DNA of 38,481 nt from Spirochaetota bacterium (GTDB lineage: Bacteria > Spirochaetota > Spirochaetia > DSM-27196 > PWMO01), in the NCBI GenBank assembly GCA_009908925.1, contig JAAAOH010000370.1, positions 1 to 38,481 on the forward strand. Reading direction: 5' to 3'. Shown here piece after piece: positions 18,340 to 26,784 of this stretch (within the stretch, counting starts at the first letter, position 1; each line of letters begins with the position of its first letter). A program made the position numbers and the translations under genes. Below the pieces are notes generated by a model, which ran no database searches, was not told the origin of the DNA, and was given only the letters and a program-made list of their open reading frames with translations.

Positions 18340-19482
18340 ATGCGAATCACCTTTGTGATGTTTGTGATAGCGAGTCTGTCGGGGTGTCTCGGATTCGCCC
18401 AGGAAGGGCCGGTCGTGGGTGATGTGCCACAGGATGTGGAGACCCGTTTCGTCGGCGAGGCGGCTGACCTCAGGGTGGAGCCGTGGATCGAGGGGCTCGT
18501 TGCGCCGTGGTCTCTGAAGTTCCTCGGAGACGGTCGGGCGATCGTGAGTGAGCGCCCCGGCCGCGTGCGTCTCATTCGGGATGGACGGCTCGTGGAGGAA
18601 CCCTACCTCGAGGTCGACGTGGCCGCAGTGGGCGAGGGTGGACTCATGGGACTCGAGGTGCATCCCGACTTTCCGGATGAGCCCTACATATACGCCATGT
18701 ACACCTACCGCCGCGGCGGCAGTCTCTACAATCGGGTGCAGCGGTTTCGTGACCGCGGCGGTAGCGCCGAGGCCGACCGAATCATCATCGATGAGATCCC
18801 GGGATCCCGCTTCCACGACGGCGGCAGACTCGGCTTTGGCCCCGACGGTATGCTCTATGCCACCGCGGGGGAGAACTTCCGCGCCGAGCGCGCCCAGGAC
18901 CGCGACGTGCTCGCCGGAAGCATTCTTCGCGTAGCACCGGACGGCACCATCCCCGACGACAATCCGTTTCCGGGGTCGCCTGTGTGGTCATACGGCCACC
19001 GCAATCCGCAGGGGCTCGCCTGGCATCCGCAGACCGGTGCTCTCTTTTCCTCGGAACACGGCCCGTCCGGCGAGTTCGGGATTCGGGGTCACGACATCGT
19101 CAATGTAATTCGCCGGGGTGCGAACTACGGCTGGCCCCGGGAGGTGGGCGTCGGTGGCCTCGAGGAGTACGAGGATCCCGTCATCATGTGGGTGCCCGCC
19201 ACGCCACCGGCCGGGATGACCTTCTGGCGGGGCGATCTCTACCTCGCAACGCTGAGAAGCGAGGCGCTCATGCGCATCGGGGTGGAGCAGTCCGGCGGCG
19301 GCTTCGAGGTAACGCGTCTCGAGGGGCTCTACGCCTCCGGGCGCTACGAGGGCACCTACGGGCGGCTGCGTGCCGCCGTTGTCGGTCCCGACGACGCCCT
19401 GTACGTGCTCACGAGCAACCGCGACGGCCGCGGGGACCCGCGCGAAGGCGACGACAGGATTCTGCGGATCACTCCGCGCTGA
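18340..19482 (+). CDS. PQQ-dependent sugar (glucose/sorbosone) dehydrogenase family lipoprotein
   Basis: MRITFVMFVIASLSGC has a lipobox (LSGC). PWSLKFLGDGRAIVSERPGRVRLI, GGLMGLEVHPDF, HDGGRLGFGPDGMLY and GHRNPQGLAWHPQTGALFSSEHGP are typical of the YliI/sGDH beta-propeller family. GGAGG lies upstream of the ATG at 18340. Confidence 0.85.
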   Translation: MRITFVMFVIASLSGCLGFAQEGPVVGDVPQDVETRFVGEAADLRVEPWIEGLVAPWSLKFLGDGRAIVSERPGRVRLIRDGRLVEEPYLEVDVAAVGEGGLMGLEVHPDFPDEPYIYAMYTYRRGGSLYNRVQRFRDRGGSAEADRIIIDEIPGSRFHDGGRLGFGPDGMLYATAGENFRAERAQDRDVLAGSILRVAPDGTIPDDNPFPGSPVWSYGHRNPQGLAWHPQTGALFSSEHGPSGEFGIRGHDIVNVIRRGANYGWPREVGVGGLEEYEDPVIMWVPATPPAGMTFWRGDLYLATLRSEALMRIGVEQSGGGFEVTRLEGLYASGRYEGTYGRLRAAVVGPDDALYVLTSNRDGRGDPREGDDRILRITPR

Positions 19483-19539
19483 GCGAGGTCGGAGCCGCGG
19501 CCCCTGCGCACCGTCGGAGAACTCTGCTACACTGTGACC

Positions 19540-20628
19540 ATGGTCTACAGGACGTACGGCAGAACGGGGAAACAGGTTTCCATACTCGGCTTCGGCGGCA
19601 TGCGCTTCGAGGATGTCGACGACCACGATGCCTCGACGGCGATGATGGTGGAGGCCGCCGAGGGCGGTGTGAACTACTTCGACACCGCACCGAAGTATTT
19701 CGGAACGAAGGGCGAGAAAGCGTTCGGGGCCGGCCTTGCCGAGCTGCGCCGACGCGGCATGCCGTACTATCTGTCCACGAAAACCTTCGAGTCGGAGGAG
19801 TCGGCGATCCGCCGCGAGATCGAGGGGCAGCTCAAGCGGCTCGACGTCGACCACATCGACTTCTACCATGTGTGGTGCATTACGACCCTCGATAACTGGC
19901 GCGAGCGCCGCCGAAACGGTGTCATCGAGGCGTTCCGTCGGCTGAAAGAAGAGGGACTGGTCGGGCATATCTGCGTCTCGAGCCACCTCATTGGCGATGA
20001 GATCCGGGAGCTCCTCGAGGAGGGCGTCTTCGAGGGGGTGCTCTTCGGGTACTCCGCCTACAACTTCAAGACCCGGCAGCAGGCATTCGACGCGATTCGC
20101 CAGTACAACCTCGGCTGCGCGGTGATGAATCCGCTCGGCGGAGGTATCATACCGCGGCACCCGCAGCTCTTCCCCTCTTTATCCCGCGGCGAGGGCGAGA
20201 CGACCGTAGAGGGCGCGCTCAGGTTTCTGTTCTCCCACGAGGACATCACCCTGAGTCTGGTCGGATTCGGAAATGGATCCCATGTCCACGATGCGCTTGC
20301 GGCGGTGGAGCGATTCGAGCGCGAGGGCGCGGTGGACCTCGAGGCGGTGATGAGCGAGGTGGACACGACCTTCGAGGGCATCTGCACCGGGTGTCAGTAC
20401 TGCGACAACTGTCCGGAGGGCATCCCCATCCCGAAGCTCATGGATGCCTACAATCACAAGATCCTCTTCGATGACGAGAAGCAGGTGGTGAGCCGCCTCA
20501 AGAATTACTGGAACGTGGATCCGACCTTTGCCGGGCGCTGCATCGAGTGCGCGCAGTGTGAGGACGAGTGCACCCAGCACCTTCCCATCATTTCGCGACT
20601 CGCCGAGATTGGGCGCCTCGCCGGATGA
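19540..20628 (+). CDS. Aldo/keto reductase with a C-terminal double 4Fe-4S ferredoxin-like tail
   Basis: MVYRTYGRTGKQVSILGFGGMRF is a typical AKR N-terminus. The C-terminus has CTGCQYCDNCP and CIECAQCEDEC cysteine clusters (COG1453-type architecture). Confidence 0.85.
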   Translation: MVYRTYGRTGKQVSILGFGGMRFEDVDDHDASTAMMVEAAEGGVNYFDTAPKYFGTKGEKAFGAGLAELRRRGMPYYLSTKTFESEESAIRREIEGQLKRLDVDHIDFYHVWCITTLDNWRERRRNGVIEAFRRLKEEGLVGHICVSSHLIGDEIRELLEEGVFEGVLFGYSAYNFKTRQQAFDAIRQYNLGCAVMNPLGGGIIPRHPQLFPSLSRGEGETTVEGALRFLFSHEDITLSLVGFGNGSHVHDALAAVERFEREGAVDLEAVMSEVDTTFEGICTGCQYCDNCPEGIPIPKLMDAYNHKILFDDEKQVVSRLKNYWNVDPTFAGRCIECAQCEDECTQHLPIISRLAEIGRLAG

Positions 20629-21527
20629 AGCTCATCATAGACACCGATTGCGGTATCGACGATGCGGTGGCCATCATGATGGCGCTGGCTCATCCGGACG
20701 TAGAGGTGATCGGCATCACCACGGTGTCCGGGAACGTAGATGTTGCGCAGGTGACGGAGAACGTGCTGGGGCTTCTCGCATACTTCGACAGATCGGACAT
20801 CCCTGTCTATCACGGTGCCTCCCACGCCCTTCTGCAGGGGGCGGTGCGCGCCTCGGGCGTCCACGGGGATAACGGCCTCGGGGGAGTAGAGCTGCCGCCG
20901 ACCAGTGGCGCGCGGCGGCCGGAGCCTGCGCCGGTGGGCCTCGCAGAGCTTCTGCGCGCCAACCCCGGCGCCACTGTCCTCACGCTCGGCCCGATGACGA
21001 ATCTGGCGATGAGCCTGAATCTCTTTCCGGACGCCGTCTCCCGGATCGGGCGTCTCGTGGCGATGGGAGGCGGCATCGATGTCGGAAACGTAACCCGGTT
21101 TGCCGAGTTCAACTTCTATGCGGATCCCGAGGCCGTGCAGTTTGTCCTCGACCGGGGGGTGCCAATGGAGGTAGTCCCCTGGGACGCCTGCATCGAGCAC
21201 GAGCTCTCCCGTGATGATCTCTCGGCGGTCGGTCTTCGCGATGGTCGCGCCTCGGAGCTCTTCTTTCGGCTGCAGGACTTCGTCCTCGCCCGGTCGCAGC
21301 ACGTCTACGGGCGTCCATTCACCCGTCATCCCGACCCCCTTGCCATGGCATACGCCATCAACCCGGGCGTTGCGGCGCAGATCCGTCGCACGGGTCTCAC
21401 CATGGAGCTCGGAAACGGCACCCTCCGCGGTGCAAGCGTGCGCACCGACGGCGAGCAGGTGAGGGCCGTCATGTCGATTCGCCGCGATGCGTACTTTGCG
21501 ATCCTGCGTCGAATCGGCGACCTTTAG
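20625..21527 (+). CDS. Inosine-uridine-preferring nucleoside hydrolase family protein
   Basis: MKLIIDTDCGIDDAVAIMMAL is the DxDxxxDD nucleoside hydrolase signature. LTLGPMTNLA and FNFYADPEA are also present. The ATG overlaps the AKR stop (ATGA at 20625-20628). Confidence 0.85.
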   Translation: MKLIIDTDCGIDDAVAIMMALAHPDVEVIGITTVSGNVDVAQVTENVLGLLAYFDRSDIPVYHGASHALLQGAVRASGVHGDNGLGGVELPPTSGARRPEPAPVGLAELLRANPGATVLTLGPMTNLAMSLNLFPDAVSRIGRLVAMGGGIDVGNVTRFAEFNFYADPEAVQFVLDRGVPMEVVPWDACIEHELSRDDLSAVGLRDGRASELFFRLQDFVLARSQHVYGRPFTRHPDPLAMAYAINPGVAAQIRRTGLTMELGNGTLRGASVRTDGEQVRAVMSIRRDAYFAILRRIGDL

Positions 21528-23110
21528 CCGGCACCATGCGGTGCGGGGGCTCGCATAGGAGAGCCCTCGTACACGATCTCGCCGTCGGTCATGGTGAGCT
21601 CCACGTCTATGTCCTTGATGCCGGCGGGGTCGATGCGCGTGGGATCGTCGCTGAGTACTGCGAGGTCGGCGAGCTTGCCGGGTTCGATGGAGCCCTTCTC
21701 CGATTCGGCGAACTGCGCGTAGGCGCTGCCGATGGTATATGCCCGAAGCGCCTCCGCCGGCGTTATGGCCTCCGGCCCTTCCCGGTTGACGACATAGTGG
21801 ATACCGAGGAGCGGCTCGAAGCTGCCCTCTCCGGGATAATCGGAGCCGAAGGAAATCTGCGCACCGGCGTCGATGAGGGACCGGTAGGGGTAGGCGCGGA
21901 GCGCCCGCTCGCGACCGACGAGCTCGATGTCCTTCTGCGGAGTGGCCGCCGCGTGCGGCTGTGTCGCCACGTGGAAGCCGAGGTCCACGATCCGCCGGAT
22001 ATCGGCATCGCTTATGAGTTGCCCGTGCTCTATGCGGATTCGCATCTCCCGGAGGTGGGGGTATCGCTCCACGAGACGCTCGGCCGCGTCGAGGTATTCC
22101 CGCGTCGCCCGGTCGCCGATGGCGTGGGAGGCGACCTGTCGGCGCGCGCGCACCGCCGGTTCGAGGAAGCGCACGATATCGTCTGCCGGAATACCGGCTC
22201 CGAAGTTCTCAGGCTCCCCCGCGTAGGGCTCGGTGAGCCAGGCGGTTCTGCTCGAGAAGGCGCCGTCGAGGAAGTACTTGAGCGGACCCCGCTCGACGTA
22301 CGACGGATGGAACTCCTTGTCTTCCATGCCCGCTACAAGCTTCTGCGAGTCTCCCATGAACCAGCATGAGAGCCGCACGGTGAGCCCGCCATCGGCGTAG
22401 AGCTCGTTGTAGACATCCATGACGTGTGGGAACCAGGTGTTGTCCTGAACGGAGGTGACGCCGTTGCGGTTGAGGTGAGCAAGCGCTCCCGGCAGATTCC
22501 GACGCATGTTCTCCGGGTCGGTGAATCGCTTCTGAAAGAGACCGCGGAGCCCCGGCGCGCCGAAGGGCTCCCGGAGAATCCCGGTGAGTCGCCCCTGCGC
22601 ATCCACGTCGACACCGCCGCGGTCCCAGTCGGGGGTCTGCGCGGTGATGCCGAGCTCGGAAAACGCCCGTGAGTTCATCCACGCCGCGTGTCCCGAGAAC
22701 TGGAAAAGGGCTACGGGATGGTCGGGAAAGGCCGCGTCGAGGTCGCTCACGTGAGGGTCGGGGCAGTACGGGTAGTCCCACTGCGTGGCGACGAGCCAGT
22801 CTCCCGTGGCCGCATCCGCATAGGAGGCACGGATGTGCTCGATTATCTCCGCCTTGGACAGCCCGAAGAGGCTCGGCGTTCGCTCCCGGTCGGCCATGTT
22901 GACGAGGTGAATGTGGTTATCGTTGAACCCGGGGATCAGCGTTCGCCCGGCAAGGTCGAACTGCGCCGCGCCGGCGCCGGCCTGGGCGCGGACCTCGGCG
23001 TTCGAACCTACAGCTGCGATGCGATTACCACGCACGAGCACCGCTTCTGATTCGCGGCCCTCAGCGTCCATCGTGAGAACTCTGCCGCTGCTCAATATCG
23101 TCTCTTCCAT
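21524..23110 (-). CDS. Metal-dependent amidohydrolase (amidohydrolase-3 / YtcJ-like)
   Basis: LIPGFNDNHIHL is the HxH metal site. IEHGQLI, HVATQP and SFGSDYP are further amidohydrolase-fold motifs. AGGAG lies upstream of the ATG at 23110. Confidence 0.85.
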   Translation of the reverse strand: MEETILSSGRVLTMDAEGRESEAVLVRGNRIAAVGSNAEVRAQAGAGAAQFDLAGRTLIPGFNDNHIHLVNMADRERTPSLFGLSKAEIIEHIRASYADAATGDWLVATQWDYPYCPDPHVSDLDAAFPDHPVALFQFSGHAAWMNSRAFSELGITAQTPDWDRGGVDVDAQGRLTGILREPFGAPGLRGLFQKRFTDPENMRRNLPGALAHLNRNGVTSVQDNTWFPHVMDVYNELYADGGLTVRLSCWFMGDSQKLVAGMEDKEFHPSYVERGPLKYFLDGAFSSRTAWLTEPYAGEPENFGAGIPADDIVRFLEPAVRARRQVASHAIGDRATREYLDAAERLVERYPHLREMRIRIEHGQLISDADIRRIVDLGFHVATQPHAAATPQKDIELVGRERALRAYPYRSLIDAGAQISFGSDYPGEGSFEPLLGIHYVVNREGPEAITPAEALRAYTIGSAYAQFAESEKGSIEPGKLADLAVLSDDPTRIDPAGIKDIDVELTMTDGEIVYEGSPMRAPAPHGAG

Positions 23111-23176
23111 GGAAGCTATCTCCTGCCCTTAACATAACCATGATGCTCGGCTTTCGCCACATGTTATACTGCTCTC

Positions 23177-23857
23177 ATGTTGAACGAGGCCACCCAGGCC
23201 CGCCTGGCATCGGAGTTCCCGGGCCTTCTCGGCGGGTCGACCGCGCGGCGAGAGATTTCGGAGCATGCAAGCTTCAAGCACTTTCCCGCCGGTGCCACGC
23301 TCTATCATGAGGGCGATGAAACCGCATACCTCCCGCTCATCCTCACCGGCGAGCTTGCCGTCTCCAAGGTCGGCGAGAGCGGTCGAGAGATAACCCTCTA
23401 TCGGGTGGGGGCGGGAGAATCCTGCATCCTCTCAACACTCGGGATCCTCAACGAGGCTTCGTTTCCCGCAACGGCCGAGGTCAGTGCGGAGGGGGATGTG
23501 GTACTCGTGCCCGCCGCTCGCGTGCGGGAGCTCGTGGACCGCGCCCCGGCTTGGCGGGACTTCGTGTTCCGCCTCTATCATGCGCGCCTGACCTCTCTCA
23601 TCGCCCTTGTCGAGGAAGTGGTGTTTCAGAAACTGGATGTGCGACTTGCAGGGCTTCTGCTTCGCCATACGAGCAGCGAGAACCCTGTGCTCGGCTGGAC
23701 GCATCAGCGGATCGCCGCCGAGCTCGGTTCCTCCCGGGAAGTCATAAGCCGGGTACTGAAAGACTGGCAGCGCCGGGACCTCATCGACCTCTCGCGCGGT
23801 GCGGTTTCCGTGGCCGATCGAGGCGGTCTGGAAAAAGTATCCGACTTGGTGACTTAG
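23177..23857 (+). CDS. Crp/Fnr-family transcriptional regulator
   Basis: An N-terminal cNMP-binding-like beta-roll (FPAGATLYHEGDETAYLPLILTGELAVSK...GREITLYRVGAGESC) and a C-terminal HTH (THQRIAAELGSSREVISRVLKDW). I did not see an N-terminal Cys cluster of the Fnr type. Confidence 0.8.
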   Translation: MLNEATQARLASEFPGLLGGSTARREISEHASFKHFPAGATLYHEGDETAYLPLILTGELAVSKVGESGREITLYRVGAGESCILSTLGILNEASFPATAEVSAEGDVVLVPAARVRELVDRAPAWRDFVFRLYHARLTSLIALVEEVVFQKLDVRLAGLLLRHTSSENPVLGWTHQRIAAELGSSREVISRVLKDWQRRDLIDLSRGAVSVADRGGLEKVSDLVT

Positions 23858-23921
23858 TCACCGACGGGTGAGTCGTTACGGCTGTATCCTTCGGCGTAGA
23901 ACGATACGCAGGAGGAACGAC

Positions 23922-24134
23922 ATGGCATTGTACAAGAACATGGGATCAGCAGATAGAACGATCCGCGCGATAGCGGGTCTTGCGCTCATCATCGGCGGCA
24001 TCGCCCTGCAGATAACGCAGTCCGGTTTCTGGTGGCTCGCGCTCATCGGCGTCGTACTCACCGGCACCTCCGCCATCGGCACCTGCCCGGCCTATTTCCC
24101 CTTTCGCCTCAGCACGCGCAAGAAGACCGGCTGA
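23922..24134 (+). CDS. DUF2892 (YgaP-like) small membrane protein
   Basis: NMGSADRTIRAIAGLALIIGGIAL...GTSAIGTCPAYFPF matches the DUF2892 pattern of two TM helices ending in a C-P motif. The ATG at 23922 follows AGGAGG. Confidence 0.65.
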   Translation: MALYKNMGSADRTIRAIAGLALIIGGIALQITQSGFWWLALIGVVLTGTSAIGTCPAYFPFRLSTRKKTG

Positions 24135-24182
24135 TTCACTGCGTCGGGCCGAGCCCGCGCGCGGCTGCCGTCACAGCAGGGT

Positions 24183-25427
24183 TCAGGGGCAGCGAATGAA
24201 GCCCTGGGCCCACAGGCAGCCGCCGCACGCCGGCCCCTCATTTCCCAGACAGTCCTCGGCGTTTTCCTCGGCTCGCTCGCAGTTGACGCATGAGGTGCAT
24301 GGCGAGAAGGAGAAGTCGTAGAGGCGCTCGCGCAGATCGACGTAGGCAGGATCGCTCCACACCGCAGAGAGACTCCGCTCGTGCACGCTACCGAAATCGT
24401 GAGCGTGGCTCGTGCGCGCGGTGTTCTCGAGGTAGTACTGGTGAGTGTGCAGCAGTGAAAGGCACGGGCTCACGTGGCCGTCCCACCGGATGCTTGTGCT
24501 TCCTTTCTCGATGAACGGACAGCTGTTGTGCTCGGGAAAGAGATTCAACCGGGGCATGCCGGCCGACGAGCGCGCGGGGGAAATGACGCGGGCGAGGGCG
24601 CGAGCGACTTCGGGGTTCATCGCATCCATGCGGGGCAGGTCGACGTCATAGCCGATCGACTTCCAGCGCCGCTGCTCGTATGCGTAGAGGGTTTCCGCCC
24701 GCATCTCCTCACTGTGGGCCAGCAGGTTGCTGACCGAGAAGCGCTCTGCACCGAGGGTGAGCCCGAGGTCGATGACCGCCGGCAGCTCATGGATGTTCCG
24801 CTCCATGGCGACGAATGCGACGCCGAGCCGGGGATACTCGGTCGATGCGCGAATCCTGCGTCGCTTCAGCGTTTTGAGGTTGTCGATCACCCGAGGCAGT
24901 GTCGCCCCGAGGCGGACGTCGGAGTAGCTTTCAGGCGTGGCGCCGTCGAGGGAGACCCAGATCGTGTTCACGCCGGCGCCGATGAGGGCATCCACGGCGG
25001 GCTCAGTGAGCATGGTGCCGTTTGTGATGAGCTCCACCGAAGAGGCCACGGACGTCGCCTCTATGATCCACTCGAGTGCCTCGGGATGGGCAAAGGGCTC
25101 ACCAAAGCCGCCGAAGAAGATCTCCGGGGGATCGTCGAGGGCGCCGATGTCCTCGAGGATGCGTGCGAAGGTTTCGCGGGACATCCGGCCGAGTTCCTCG
25201 CCCCACACGTTTCGCATGCAGGTCGTACAGTCGATATTGCACTCGCTCGTGAGCTCCACATAGACGCGGTTCAGATGAGAGGGGGCGCGCCGGATGACGA
25301 GGCTATTATCACGCGCCTCGGCACGTGCGGTGGCTCCGGGGGTCAACCCGTAGGCACGGGCGAGGTCCGGGCTTATGGTTACACTTCCGTCGTCATTGAC
25401 GCGGACATTCGACTGCGGCATGAGCAT
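24183..25427 (-). CDS. Radical SAM / SPASM-domain enzyme with an N-terminal AbrB/SpoVT-like swapped-hairpin domain
   Basis: VRVNDDGSVTISPDLARAYGLTPGATARAEARDNSLVI is AbrB/MazE-like. VYVELTSECNIDCTTC is the CxxxCxxC motif. The C-terminus has CPFIEKGSTSIRWDGHVSPC (Cx13Gx4C) and CTSCVNC...C...CGGC...C, a SPASM/twitch auxiliary-cluster region. I chose the start at 25427/25421 (MLMPQ). The track extension to 25691 runs through the divergent promoter region. Confidence 0.8.
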   Translation of the reverse strand: MLMPQSNVRVNDDGSVTISPDLARAYGLTPGATARAEARDNSLVIRRAPSHLNRVYVELTSECNIDCTTCMRNVWGEELGRMSRETFARILEDIGALDDPPEIFFGGFGEPFAHPEALEWIIEATSVASSVELITNGTMLTEPAVDALIGAGVNTIWVSLDGATPESYSDVRLGATLPRVIDNLKTLKRRRIRASTEYPRLGVAFVAMERNIHELPAVIDLGLTLGAERFSVSNLLAHSEEMRAETLYAYEQRRWKSIGYDVDLPRMDAMNPEVARALARVISPARSSAGMPRLNLFPEHNSCPFIEKGSTSIRWDGHVSPCLSLLHTHQYYLENTARTSHAHDFGSVHERSLSAVWSDPAYVDLRERLYDFSFSPCTSCVNCERAEENAEDCLGNEGPACGGCLWAQGFIRCP

Positions 25428-25535
25428 TTCCCGTATGTATGAGAGATTCTGTCCACAATAATAGGCCATATTCGGGTGGAACGCAACGGTGGATTGCCGG
25501 CCGCGAGCTGTCAACAACCCTGTTGCTGTGGCATA

Positions 25536-26354
25536 ATGGGGGCCGTGAAGACTTATTTCCCCGGTGACAGCTACCAGACGCCGCCGGATGCCGCCTGCCC
25601 GCTGCTCCGCGCCCTTGCGGGTACATGGCGGTGGTTCTTCTATCCCCAGTACTTCGCCGAAGCGGTACGATCGCGACATCGGGCGATCCACGTCGATTAC
25701 GACGACGCGGAGTGGGCGGAGAGCTCATACCGGGTACTGCGCATCATCGAGCGAAACGGGGGCCGGTTCGACATCCGGGGCATCGACAATCTGCGCCGGG
25801 CCGCCGACGGAGCACCCTACGTGTTCATCAGCAATCACATGAGCACTCTCGAGACGCAGATATACCCCGTGCTCATCGCCCCATTCATGCCGGTGACCTT
25901 CGTGGTGAAGCAGGAGCTCATCGTGCATCCCTTCATGGGACCGGTACTGCAAACGCGAAATCCCATACCCGTGGCGCGACAGAATCCCCGCGATGACCTG
26001 AAGGTTGTGCTCGAGGAGGGGCAGCGCCGCCTCGAGAACGGTATGTCGGTCATCATCTTCCCGCAGAGCACGCGCACCCCCGAGTTCAAGCGCGAATCAT
26101 TCAACTCCCTCGGCATAAAGCTTGCCCAGAAGGCCGGAGTGCGGGTCATGCCCATGGCCATAAAGAGCGATTTCTGGGGCGAGCGGGGCATGCTCCGCGG
26201 GTTCGGCCCGGTCCGCCCGGAGCGCACGATTCACATCGAGGTCGGCGAGCCCCTCTCCATCGAGGGCCGGGGGCGGCAGGAGCACGAGGCAGTTGTCGAG
26301 TTCATTGAGGCCCGGCTTCGGCGCTGGGAAGCGGAACAGCGGGACTCCGGGTAG
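25536..26354 (+). CDS. Lysophospholipid (PlsC-family) acyltransferase-like protein
   Basis: PYVFISNHMSTLETQIYP occupies the position of the HX4D acyltransferase box, here HX4E. IIFPQSTRT matches the second conserved block. ATG at 25536. Confidence 0.7.
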   Translation: MGAVKTYFPGDSYQTPPDAACPLLRALAGTWRWFFYPQYFAEAVRSRHRAIHVDYDDAEWAESSYRVLRIIERNGGRFDIRGIDNLRRAADGAPYVFISNHMSTLETQIYPVLIAPFMPVTFVVKQELIVHPFMGPVLQTRNPIPVARQNPRDDLKVVLEEGQRRLENGMSVIIFPQSTRTPEFKRESFNSLGIKLAQKAGVRVMPMAIKSDFWGERGMLRGFGPVRPERTIHIEVGEPLSIEGRGRQEHEAVVEFIEARLRRWEAEQRDSG

Positions 26355-26386
26355 CAGGGTACAGAGGCCGGCCAAAGTTCTCTCCG

Positions 26387-26415
26387 TTGCAACCGAGGCA
26401 ATCCTGGTATATAAG
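26387..26415 (+). promoter_or_regulatory. Sigma-70-like promoter for the BON gene
   Basis: TTGCAA (26387-26392), 17-nt spacer, TATAAG (26410-26415), about 36 nt upstream of the ATG at 26452. A purine-rich SD (AGGGGGGA) is present. Confidence 0.4.
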
Positions 26416-26451
26416 GGTGCCACGATCAAATGAATTCCAGGGGGGAATCCG

Positions 26452-26694
26452 ATGGCAGCAGGTGACAAGATCAAAGACAAAGTCTATTGGGCGATCAAGA
26501 ACTCGAGCGAGCTCAAGCCCGGCAATTACGTGACCGTCTCGGTCGAAAAGAAGGGCCTGTTCGGCAAGCCGAAGATCGTCCTGAGCGGGCGAACTCCCTC
26601 CGAAACGGAGCAGGAGAAGGTTATCAACGTTGCAAAGGAAGCCGCGGGCGATCTCGAAGTCGAGAGCCGCCTCGGAATCACCAAGGTATCCTGA
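26452..26694 (+). CDS. Small BON-domain-like protein
   Basis: 80 aa. VSVEKKGLFGKPKIVLSGRTPSETEQEKVINVAKEAAGDLEVESRLGI fits the BON pattern (V-x-L-x-G-x-V-x-S-x3-x-x-A-x3-A...V-x-N-x-L). It has its own promoter and SD. Confidence 0.5.
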   Translation: MAAGDKIKDKVYWAIKNSSELKPGNYVTVSVEKKGLFGKPKIVLSGRTPSETEQEKVINVAKEAAGDLEVESRLGITKVS

Positions 26695-26718
26695 CGTAGT
26701 TTTCACACCGCTGGCATG

Positions 26719-26737
26719 CCCGCGATGGTTTCGCGGG
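26719..26737. terminator. Hairpin between convergent genes (BON and sbcB)
   Basis: CCCGCGA (26719-26725), loop TGGTT, TCGCGGG (26731-26737). It is followed by TATTGCC, a weak U-tract, so confidence is modest. Confidence 0.35.
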
Positions 26738-26784
26738 TATTGCCTTCGTGGCGCGCCGGCTCAGCCCCGGCGTCAGCTCCCGGG

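Noticed and set aside
18988-20160. 390-aa minus-strand ORF and the 303-aa plus-strand ORF 18984-19895
   Set aside because: Both overlap the PQQ-dehydrogenase and AKR genes, which have strong family signatures in another frame or strand.
23129-23170. TAACAT...ATGTTA inverted repeat upstream of the Crp/Fnr gene, considered as a Crp/Fnr box
   Set aside because: The arms are 27 nt apart and do not resemble TGTGA-N6-TCACA or TTGAT-N4-ATCAA. The right arm is more simply part of the extended -10 element.
24474-25442. 322-aa plus-strand ORF
   Set aside because: It is antisense to the radical-SAM/SPASM gene.
25428-25691. 5' extension of the radical-SAM/SPASM ORF (88 extra codons)
   Set aside because: It overlaps the start region of the divergent acyltransferase gene and lacks any domain. 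The AbrB-like domain begins right after the Met at 25427/25421.
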